Shown here: positions 11,158 to 19,259 of the stretch, in pieces | Numbering within the stretch: position 1 is the stretch's first letter | How the letters are laid out: each line of letters begins with the position of its first letter | Assembly (NCBI GenBank): GCA_963749115.1 | Contig: CAVVLP010000010.1 | Coordinates: 254,366-318,365, forward strand | Direction: 5' to 3' | DNA length: 64,000 nucleotides | From: an uncultured Gammaproteobacteria bacterium | GTDB taxonomy: Bacteria; Pseudomonadota; Gammaproteobacteria; Xanthomonadales; SZUA-36 | Position numbers and translations under genes: made by a program | Notes under the pieces: generated by a model | Told to the model about the DNA's origin: nothing | The model's input: only the letters and a program-made list of their open reading frames with translations | Database searches by the model: none

Positions 11158-12060
11158 TGATTACCAGCATTTGCGTACTACGACCGCCAAAGAACTTGGA
11201 CTTGCCAGTGACTCTTCTAATCATGATGTCGCAGGTATGCGAATACAGTGTGCTTTCAGGCAAAACTTGTGTGGATTCTAATTGCTATGTTCTTCCACAT
11301 TTATTTTGACTGGCTTGTCTGAAGCCAGCAACACTGATTGGCCAGTCGGCACGAGGAAATAAGCGGTCATTTCTGCAATATCACGCGAGTTCGGCTCTGG
11401 AGCCATCATCAGAAAAAAGAGGGTGGATAAGATCAATGTTTGTTTTAGCATACTGTCATCCTGACTGTTAGCAAGTTCGTTACTGGAATTTGTTCTTTAC
11501 TTACTAACATGCAATAATCAAGCCAGAAGAGGTATTCAACTGGAAACACGCTAACGTACAATTAAATCCCTTTTAAATACAACGTGATATATTGCGAACA
11601 AAAAATTGTGGGGAAAATTTTCTTCAGCCAAATCTGATCGCAATTATCCAAAATATGTCAGAAAAACAGACCAAAATTGTCATCCACAATGAGCCGACGT
11701 CCTCTATCCATTGACCCACATCAATACCACTCGCCTGGTTGTGCGTGTGCCTGTGGGCTGGGATGAGTGAAGATTTACCATGAAACGACTTGCAGAACCC
11801 TTTGTTTTAAGTGGCGCGCCCGCCAGGATTACTCGTCCCATACCCCAGGGCACCCTCTCGACCGGTTCCCGGTCTCACCTTGTCCCTGAGACTCGCCCCT
11901 TCGGGTTTGTCGCTGCGCGACTGCATGAAAATTCGCTCATTGTGCAGGGATGCACAGGTGCCGTGAAGCACAGGATGTGCGGGAACGGCCCTGACGTAGT
12001 TTCGAACCTGGCGCGTGCCGCGCGAGAACCCAATCCCGATACCGGGACACACGAAAATAG

Positions 12061-12092
12061 AAAAAGCCACCCAAAGGTGACTTTTTCTATTT
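12061..12092 (-). terminator. rho-independent terminator copy (between units 2 and 1)
   Basis: Minus strand: AAAAAGTCACC-TTTG-GGTGGCTTTTT followed by a T-rich tail. Confidence 0.6.
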
Positions 12093-12248
12093 TGGCGCGC
12101 CCGACAGGATTACTCGTCCCATCCCTGGGACTCGCCCCTTCGGGGTTTGTCGCTTTGCGACTGCATTAAAATTCGTTCCCGACGAATTTTTCGAACCTGG
12201 CGCGTGCCGCGCGAGAACCCAATCCCAAACCGGGACACACGAAAATAG

Positions 12249-12280
12249 AAAAAGCCACCCAAAGGTGACTTTTTCTATTT
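12249..12280 (-). terminator. rho-independent terminator copy (between units 3 and 2)
   Basis: Same hairpin as 12061-12092. Confidence 0.6.
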
Positions 12281-12433
12281 TGGCGCGCCCGACAGGATTA
12301 CTCGTCCCATCCCTGGGACTCGCCCCTTCGGGGCTCTCGCTTTGCGGCGGCACTAAAATTCGCTCCCGGCGAATTTGTCGAACCTGGCGCGTGCCGCGCG
12401 AGAACCCAATCCGATATCGGGACACACGAAAAT

Positions 12434-12467
12434 AAAAAAAGCCACCTATAGGTGACTTTTTCTATTT
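12434..12467 (-). terminator. rho-independent terminator directly after tRNA-Arg
   Basis: Minus strand: AAAAAGTCACC-TATA-GGTGGCTTTTTTT. Same stem as the two copies, different loop. Confidence 0.7.
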
Positions 12468-12544
12468 TGGCGCGCCCGACAGGATTCGAACCTGTGACCC
12501 CTGCCTTCGGAGGGCAGTACTCTATCCAGCTGAGCTACGGGCGC
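12468..12544 (-). tRNA. tRNA-Arg (anticodon CCG)
   Basis: Minus strand GCGCCCGTAGCTCAGCTGGATAGAGTACTGCCCTCCGAAGGCAGGGGTCACAGGTTCGAATCCTGTCGGGCGCGCCA. It folds by hand into a cloverleaf with 7-bp acceptor stem, anticodon loop CTCCGAA, T-loop TTCGAAT and encoded CCA. Confidence 0.95.
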
Positions 12545-12686
12545 TTTTTAATCGCGTTGCGTAGTTTAGCTGCTTTGATGGAATAAGGAAACGTAACTTT
12601 GCTTCCGCCTACCCGATGATACGGCTATACTATTCGCCCTTCAGAGGGCCGGATTTGGCGGAGTCCAAGACGGTAAATTCCAGATT

Positions 12687-13190
12687 TTGAGGTGTAGTGT
12701 GGAAGAACAAACCGATAACGTGTTTATTAAGAATTTCAGTATCGTCCTGGTCTTGCTGATTGTGTTTACGTTCAGCATTGCTTTTCTTGCAAGGGATGTT
12801 GGCTTCAAAGATGACAGTGCCAACAACCCCAGTCGTATGACGACCACTGAAGAGCGTATTAAGCCGGTTGCCGATGTTTTCATGGGTGAAGCGGGTGCTG
12901 CCGCTATTCAGGAAGCTGCATCTTCATCGGTATCGGAAATGAAAGTTGCATTTGACGGTAGTCTTGATGCGCGAAATGATTTATGGCAGCGTGTGCGCGG
13001 TCTGTCATGCACCGGTGCAGCCGGCGCGCCGATACCGGGCTCACCATTAATGGTAGAGCGCGCAGGAAAAGGCGTGGATATGTTGACCCAGAACGCTATC
13101 AACGGCTTGAATGCCATGCCGGCACGCGGCGGGCGTGCCGACCTGTCGGATGAGCAGGTTCGTGTGATAGTCGAATACATGATTCAGTAG
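12687..13190 (+). CDS. membrane-anchored cytochrome c5-like protein; haem motif is out of frame in the ORF as given
   Basis: C-terminal TGAAGAPIPGS...NAINGLNAMPARGGRADLSDEQVRVIVEYM resembles class I c5-type cytochromes. CAVCH is encoded at 12994-13008 in the +1 frame. N-terminal TM anchor present. Confidence 0.65.
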   Translation: MRCSVEEQTDNVFIKNFSIVLVLLIVFTFSIAFLARDVGFKDDSANNPSRMTTTEERIKPVADVFMGEAGAAAIQEAASSSVSEMKVAFDGSLDARNDLWQRVRGLSCTGAAGAPIPGSPLMVERAGKGVDMLTQNAINGLNAMPARGGRADLSDEQVRVIVEYMIQ

Positions 13191-13195
13191 GATCT

Positions 13196-14935
13196 GTGGT
13201 GATCCGCGGAAACCATAAAACGCCGCTATATGCGGTGTTTTTTTGTGCCGTTTTAACTGCCTGCACGGCGACTCAATCACCGCCGGATACCAGTCTGGTG
13301 CAATGTCCCGGGCGGACTTCACCAATCGCCATTGTGCAGGGTGCCGGTAGCCAATCACCGATGCAGGGCCAGCAGGTTACTGTCCAGGGAATAGTTACGC
13401 TGATTCAAAACGATATGGGTCTGTACGTGGAAGAACCCGCTTCCGATGTAGACCGTTACACCTCAAACGCAGTTTTTATTCAAAGTGACAATCCGGCGGG
13501 TGGAATCGAACCCGGCACATTGATCGCTGTAAGCGGAACCGTTACCGAGATAGGTGATGAACGTGATCCTTTAACGGCGTTAACAGACATTACCCAACTG
13601 GTTCAATGTTCATCCGGTCACACCCTGCCTTTAACCGATGTCTCCCTGCCGCTTGACGGAGCGGGCCGTGAATCAATCGAGGGTATGCGCATCCGTATAA
13701 ACGATACCCTGGTGGTCACCGATGTCTATCAATTTCAGCAGGGTAAATTCACACTCAGCGCTAACGGGTTTCAGTACGTACCCACCGAAGTGATGAAACC
13801 GGGTCCCGCTACCGCTGATCTGCTTGCGCGGAACAGGGCTTCTGCCCTACCCGTTTTGTTACCGGAAAGCATGGAGTTTCCCGCGATGCTGGTGGGTGGC
13901 ACATCGGTAGATCATGTACAGGGCGTATTGGCCCATGATGGACGGGGCAAGCGTCTTACACTGCAGTCAATCTCAAGCTTTTCCGAGCCAAATATCGCAA
14001 CACCCGGGAATGCTTCCGCTGGCTCTTTGCGTGTGGTGGGTATGAACCTGCACAATTATTTTAACGGTGACGGCAAAGGGCAGGGTTTCCCCACCCCAAG
14101 AGGTGCTGAGACCTATGATGAATTTCAACAACAGCGTGCTCGCATCGGTGCCGCCATCGGTACCCTCGACCCGCATGTTCTGGCTGTGATGGAACTCGAA
14201 AACGATGGGTTCGGCCCGAATAGTGCCGCACAGGATTTTATCCAACTGGCCAATGAAACAAGCCAACACAGCTGGGCAGCAACCCGGCCCGTTGATGACA
14301 ATACCGGAAGCGACAAGATAGCCGTCGGGTTGTTTTATCGTACGGACCTGCTCAAAGCGATCGGTCCCTCACATACACTGGGTGGTCCGGAGTTCGAACG
14401 GAGTCGTCAACCCCAGGCACAGTTATTTCAGCGCCTTCCGGATGGGGAAACCCTGCTGATCGTTATCAACCACCTCAAGTCCAAGGGTTCCTGCCCCGAG
14501 TCCGGTAAAGATGCCAACCAGCGGGATGGCCAGGGATGCTGGAACGCCATACGGCGGTCATCCGCAGAGAAAATGTCGGCCTGGGCCAAAGAGGTTGCCG
14601 TATCCGCGGGAACCAGCAACATCCTGATCCTGGGTGATATGAACGCCTATCGGAATGAGGACCCGATCGGTGCAATCCGGGACGCCGGGTTCACGGAGTT
14701 AATGGAGAGAGACCGGCAGGCAACCTATAGTTTTGTTTATTCCGGTCAGCGCGGTACGCTGGATTACGCGTTTACCTCTGATGCCTTGCTTGAAAACGTG
14801 CTGCAGGCCTACATCTGGCACGTCAATGCTGCCTTCCCGGCGAAAATGGAATTACCGAAACCGTGGCTGAGATTTTCAGATCATGACCCGGTGGTCGTCG
14901 AATTGCGCATACGCCAATCTAAAACCTCGGATTGA
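13196..14935 (+). CDS. ExeM/NucH-family extracellular endonuclease (lipoprotein; endonuclease/exonuclease/phosphatase fold)
   Basis: 579 aa. Lipobox LTAC. IAIVQGAGSQSPMQGQQVTVQGIVT N-terminal domain, and C-terminal LRVVGMNLHNYF...ILGDMNAY...SDHDPVVVEL EEP motifs. Confidence 0.8.
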   Translation: MVIRGNHKTPLYAVFFCAVLTACTATQSPPDTSLVQCPGRTSPIAIVQGAGSQSPMQGQQVTVQGIVTLIQNDMGLYVEEPASDVDRYTSNAVFIQSDNPAGGIEPGTLIAVSGTVTEIGDERDPLTALTDITQLVQCSSGHTLPLTDVSLPLDGAGRESIEGMRIRINDTLVVTDVYQFQQGKFTLSANGFQYVPTEVMKPGPATADLLARNRASALPVLLPESMEFPAMLVGGTSVDHVQGVLAHDGRGKRLTLQSISSFSEPNIATPGNASAGSLRVVGMNLHNYFNGDGKGQGFPTPRGAETYDEFQQQRARIGAAIGTLDPHVLAVMELENDGFGPNSAAQDFIQLANETSQHSWAATRPVDDNTGSDKIAVGLFYRTDLLKAIGPSHTLGGPEFERSRQPQAQLFQRLPDGETLLIVINHLKSKGSCPESGKDANQRDGQGCWNAIRRSSAEKMSAWAKEVAVSAGTSNILILGDMNAYRNEDPIGAIRDAGFTELMERDRQATYSFVYSGQRGTLDYAFTSDALLENVLQAYIWHVNAAFPAKMELPKPWLRFSDHDPVVVELRIRQSKTSD

Positions 14936-15486
14936 ATCTGCGGAAAGAATTGCCGGAATGACGATTTGAATTCCGGTGCAAGTTCCGGCCATATTTCGGA
15001 TACACGATGTAAAGGGTTGGGCCGCGACAGGCGTTTGCCGATACCGGCCAGGGCATGTAAAACAACATCTAATTCCCGATATGCGCTAAATAGTCCGTGC
15101 CTGTCCGCATATTCCATGAAGCTGGTCAGCTTCTCCGGTACCCATTCGGCATGTTCGCGCAATAAATCACGCGCCTCAAGATCAAATCTCTCCAGGCTGC
15201 CGGGCATATAGCGCCACCAGTTAACAGCCAGTTCATGATCAAATGCAAGGTCAATAATAATACCGGCATAGCGACGGAATTCCCGGGGAAACAATGGTCG
15301 CAACTGTTTTATGACCGGTGATCGATCTGTGCACTTGTCAATATAACGATGTAAAACAATACCTTGCCTGACCGACTCGGGATAAGCGCGTAACGCGCGT
15401 CGACCACGAACAAAATCACCAATCAATCCACCCAGCATCAATCCGGAATCACCATTGGCCAGGCATAAGTGGGCGAGAAAATTCAT
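14881..15486 (-). CDS. acpH: acyl carrier protein phosphodiesterase
   Basis: MNFLAHLCLANGDSGLMLGGLIGDFVRG...HRYIDKCTD matches the AcpH N-terminal signature. Confidence 0.8.
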   Translation of the reverse strand: MNFLAHLCLANGDSGLMLGGLIGDFVRGRRALRAYPESVRQGIVLHRYIDKCTDRSPVIKQLRPLFPREFRRYAGIIIDLAFDHELAVNWWRYMPGSLERFDLEARDLLREHAEWVPEKLTSFMEYADRHGLFSAYRELDVVLHALAGIGKRLSRPNPLHRVSEIWPELAPEFKSSFRQFFPQIQSEVLDWRMRNSTTTGS

Positions 15487-15549
15487 GTATTCAGCCTACC
15501 ATAGAGTCCTTCTTCAGACTGCGGTATGATGCACTAATTCCGACCAAGG

Positions 15550-16251
15550 ATGAAACAGCCCATGGTGGAGTCTCAGGACACCAAAGTAACTGACGAATTC
15601 CCGACTTCGCGGCAAGAGTTTTTTCTGCGTGGGCCGGCAGGCAAGCTGGAATGTGTTGCCGATGTTCCCGATGCGGCCGATGAACGTCCCGCGACCATCG
15701 TCATCTGTCACCCGCACACGCTGCATGGCGGCTCCATGCACAACAAGGTTGTTACTATCATGGAACGCGCCATGCGGGAACTTGGTCTGCGTACCATCCG
15801 CTTCAACTTTCGTGGTGCCGGTGAGAGTGAAGGCGAGCACGATGAAGGTTACGGTGAAACCGATGACCTGTTTGCCGTCACCGAGTGGGTACGCCGGACC
15901 CGGCCGCATGATGAGTTATGGCTGGGCGGGTTTTCCTTCGGCTCTTACATAACGATGCGTGCGGCACAAAACCTGAAACTGGGACAGTTAATTACCATCG
16001 CCCCACCCGTCGACCGCTATGAGTTCTCAACCGTACAACACCCCAACTGCCCGTGGCTGGTTGTCCAGGGAGATGAAGACGAGGTGGTTGCCCTGGAAGA
16101 CGTCAAGTGCTGGATTGAAGACCTCGATCCCCCACCTGATTTCCTGGTGATGGAAATGGCCGGGCATTTCTTCCATCGGCGTTTGATGGACTTGCGTGGC
16201 TTGCTTAAAAACGGCGTGGGTCCGAACCTGCCGGATAAAGTGTCGCCTTAG
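15550..16251 (+). CDS. alpha/beta hydrolase
   Basis: ICHPHTLHGGSMHNKVV, RFNFRGAGESEG, nucleophile elbow GFSFGS. Confidence 0.7.
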   Translation: MKQPMVESQDTKVTDEFPTSRQEFFLRGPAGKLECVADVPDAADERPATIVICHPHTLHGGSMHNKVVTIMERAMRELGLRTIRFNFRGAGESEGEHDEGYGETDDLFAVTEWVRRTRPHDELWLGGFSFGSYITMRAAQNLKLGQLITIAPPVDRYEFSTVQHPNCPWLVVQGDEDEVVALEDVKCWIEDLDPPPDFLVMEMAGHFFHRRLMDLRGLLKNGVGPNLPDKVSP

Positions 16252-16264
16252 CAGCATTTAGAAC

Positions 16265-17347
16265 TTGCACCGCAGACCCCTGGCAATCTATCAAAAACTG
16301 GTCACCGACGGTGGCTACAAGGCCGATCCGGCGCAACGCAAAGCCGTCGAGGAACTGGATCGAATCTGGCTGGAGCTGAACGCCCATCCGGTTTCCGGCT
16401 GGTGGGCAAAATTTCGTGGAAAAAAACGAAAACCGGTCACCGGTCTGTACCTGTGGGGAGGGGTCGGACGCGGTAAAACCTGGCTGATGGACCTGTTCTT
16501 CGATAGCCTGCCCGGAAAGGACAAACTTCGTATCCATTTCCACCGTTTCATGGCACGGGTGCACACTGCCCTCAAGTCCAAGCAGTCCACCCGCGACCCG
16601 CTGGCTGAAATCGCCCGCGAATGGGCAGCACAATACCGCGTGTTGTGTTTTGATGAGTTTTTTGTTTCGGATATTGCCGATGCCATGTTGCTGGGTGGCT
16701 TACTGCAAGCCCTGTTTGCGGAGGGCGTGACCCTGGTCGCGACCTCGAATGTCGCGCCCGATGACCTCTACCGGGACGGCCTGCAGCGGGCCAAGTTTCT
16801 ACCGGCGATCGAAGCCTTGAAAAACCACAGCCTCAGCGTGCATGTCGATGGCCCACGGGATTTCCGTCTGCGTTTACTGCAACGGTCTGAAATATTCCTG
16901 CAACCGCTGAATGAACATGCTGAAACCAGTCTTGGCAAGGCATTTGCAGACATGTCAGCAGGCTGCTCGCTGGATGCACATCTTGAAATCAACGGTCGAG
17001 TATTGAATGCCCGGCAGCGAAGTGACGGTATCATCTGGTTTGATTTCAGGGAACTTTGCGAGCAGCCCACAAGCACCGCCGACTACATCGAAATAGCACG
17101 CGCCTTCAATACCGTGTTGTTATCCGGCGTACCCTCGATGGGTGAACACAATGCCGATGCCACGCGACGGTTTATCAATCTTATCGACGAATTCTACGAC
17201 CGCAATGTGAAGATGCTGATCTCGGCCGCGACACCCATCGACGATCTCTATAGTGGAAAACGACTGCAATTCGAGTTCCAACGCACCGCCAGCCGCCTGA
17301 CCGAAATGCAAAGCAACGAATACCTGGCGACACCACACCTGCCTTGA
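16265..17347 (+). CDS. zapE: cell division protein ZapE (AFG1-like ATPase)
   Basis: Walker A in LYLWGGVGRGKTWLMDLFF, then VLCFDEFFVSDIADAM. Confidence 0.85.
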   Translation: MHRRPLAIYQKLVTDGGYKADPAQRKAVEELDRIWLELNAHPVSGWWAKFRGKKRKPVTGLYLWGGVGRGKTWLMDLFFDSLPGKDKLRIHFHRFMARVHTALKSKQSTRDPLAEIAREWAAQYRVLCFDEFFVSDIADAMLLGGLLQALFAEGVTLVATSNVAPDDLYRDGLQRAKFLPAIEALKNHSLSVHVDGPRDFRLRLLQRSEIFLQPLNEHAETSLGKAFADMSAGCSLDAHLEINGRVLNARQRSDGIIWFDFRELCEQPTSTADYIEIARAFNTVLLSGVPSMGEHNADATRRFINLIDEFYDRNVKMLISAATPIDDLYSGKRLQFEFQRTASRLTEMQSNEYLATPHLP

Positions 17348-17414
17348 TCACGATTTCAGGATTTATCTGTCAAAACTGGCCAACAAGACTGTAAAGATCA
17401 GAAATTAACGTGTG

Positions 17415-19228
17415 CTAATTACACTCATAATCACCATCGTCCAGAACACGGCATTGCGGTGGATGACCGTATTCCTGCCAGTAGTCTCTCAGATGGGTGT
17501 TCACATATTCCTTAAATGCCGGTGTTTTGCGGAAATACGCCGCATCAGGGTGCCACATCAATCCTGCATTTTGACGGTTAAAAAACACTCATCCTGTCTC
17601 AATGCAATTGCAATATTGTCCATATCACACACGTCAATATTATATGTCGCGGCCCATTGATTGAATCGCTCTACACGCGCCGCATGGTCTTCAAGTGGAT
17701 TTTCAATCGCATCAATCCAGTCCTTTACCGGGCCATACTTATAGTCCGCCAGGTCAAGGGCGGCCAATCAGCAAAGCCATATTGCGCTGCCCGGTATGTA
17801 CGTAGTAGGAAACGAATTGATCTTCAAGCGCGTGAAAATTAAATTGAAATGTTCTTTCAAACTGCGTGATGGCCTGCCTCAATCTGACCTTGATACAACA
17901 GGCTTGAGGCCAGGTACTGGCTACAAAGCAGGTACCCGGGATCGAGCTTAAGACACTGTTCGAAATCTGCTAACGACTGTTCGATGTAGCCCATCTCCTT
18001 GAATAGTAATTCCACGCCAAAGCCAGGCTGTTGCATTCTTGGGGTTGTTCTTTATCGCAATATCAAGGTTTTTGATCGCACCGATATAACCTTCACCGGT
18101 GACTTGATGCTTCATACCTATGACGGCATATGCCATAGACAGATCAGGATCTATCTCCAGTGCCCGACGTGCTGCAGCAAGTGCAAGTGAATCGTGGTCA
18201 ACGCCATCGCCACGGTTCCATGAAGTTGCTACCGAGCGAACTGCGGCAAGCGCTTCCCAGGCGCGTGCAAACTGCGGATCCATGCTGGTAGCCTTTTCCA
18301 GCAACTGCCAACTGGTGGGAAGATTCTCACGGGCAATAAACAATTCCCTGGCTTTAAGGTAAAGGTCGTAGGCATCCAGGTTGCTGGTGGCGCTATCGAC
18401 ACTGACCGCTTCAAGCCCAATACCCAGCTCGGTGGTCAAGGCCGAAACGATCGCATTGGCGATCTCATCCTGTATCTGGAAAATATCGTCCATATCCCGG
18501 TCGTAGGAGTCTGCCCACAATTGGCGGTCGTTGCTGGTATCAACCAACTGGGCGGTGATACGCAAACGATCACCCACTTTGCGCACACTGCCTTCGAGGA
18601 TATTGGCGACCCGCAGTGCCCTGGCTATTTGACGGATATTCCTGCTATCGTTTTTGTAGGCAAACGATGAGGTACGCGAAGCGACAACCAGACCATCAAC
18701 ATGGGTCAGCACGTTGAGTAACTCTTCCGACAGGCCATCCGAGAAATAATCCTGGTTGGCCTCCGCGCTCATGTTGGTGAAAGGCAGCACCGCGATGGAG
18801 TTTTCAACGATAACCACCGGTTCTTCCACTTCGGGTTCAGCTACAGCCTGGGTTGCTTTCACGGCGGTTTCCGAGCCTTCCGGCACGGGCATATACCGAT
18901 TCAGCGCCACCATGCCCACAACGACCGCCAGCAGCGCCATCGTGATGTAATCCAACCTGTCGCCACTGGTGCGGGTCAGGGTTGGAACTTTCAGCAGATC
19001 GGACTCCTTCCTGAGCCCGTCCGTTGTCCATGCGAAGGTCCAGGTAAGGAAAAGCACGATGGGCAAACCCGAAATCACAAAGGTGATCACAACCCCCATC
19101 ACCCAGGGTGGTGCACCGTAGTTCGTTGCGATGATGTCTCCAATCTGGATAAGCACCCAGGAAGCAACAATGTAGGCCATTCCGATACGGAATACATTGC
19201 GGCGCTTCATCTCTCCTAGAAATTTCAT
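17415..19228 (-). pseudogene. membrane-anchored TolB-N-like/TPR protein, paralogue of 19260-21344, at least 4 frameshifts in the last ~600 bp
   Basis: The 426-aa ORF 17948-19228 (MKFLGEMKRRNVFRIGMAYIVASWVLIQ...). My translation continues in other frames: ...GYIEQSLADFEQCLKLDPGYLL..., ...ITQFERTFQFNFHALEDQFVSYY..., ORF 17558-17767, then ...WHPDAAYFRKTPAFKEYVNTHLRDYWQEYGHPPQCRVLDDGDYECN*. Confidence 0.6.
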
Positions 19229-19259
19229 TGGAACCTCACTGCTTTTTTCAAGCGGATAC

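Larger units (their letters stand above)
8129..11706. repeat. direct tandem duplication, 2 x 1,789 bp (8129-9917 and 9918-11706)
   Basis: Both copies start CGATCCCTATTCCTCAATGCCC and end GAGCCGACGTCCTCTA. They are near-identical with scattered SNPs and small indels. Confidence 0.9.
11812..12467 (-). repeat. tRNA-Arg-linked tandem repeat array of three units (12281-12467, 12093-12280, 11812-12092)
   Basis: Read on the minus strand, each unit is a terminator hairpin, then a chain of short GC-rich hairpins, then a copy of the tRNA 3' end (plus strand TGGCGCGCCCGACAGGATT at 12281 and 12093; TGGCGCGCCCGCCAGGATT at 11812). Unit lengths are 187, 188 and 281 bp. Confidence 0.85.

Noticed and set aside
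12087-12425. 112-aa Arg-rich minus-strand ORF (and the plus-strand ORF 11780-12169) spanning the tRNA-linked repeats
   Set aside because: Both ORFs run through terminator hairpins and the tRNA-end copies, and across unit boundaries. Their amino-acid periodicity simply mirrors the DNA repeat. A small basic peptide like the tpr product reported for the E. coli tyrT repeats cannot be excluded, but nothing in the sequence supports it.
11812-12467. Possible CRISPR array (regularly spaced repeats)
   Set aside because: The repeat period is ~188 bp and the whole unit is repeated, so there are no unique spacers. No cas genes are present. The attC array (51.9-62.4 kb) is also not CRISPR: its repeats are 61-96-bp imperfect palindromes separated by 0.25-3 kb of ORF-containing sequence.
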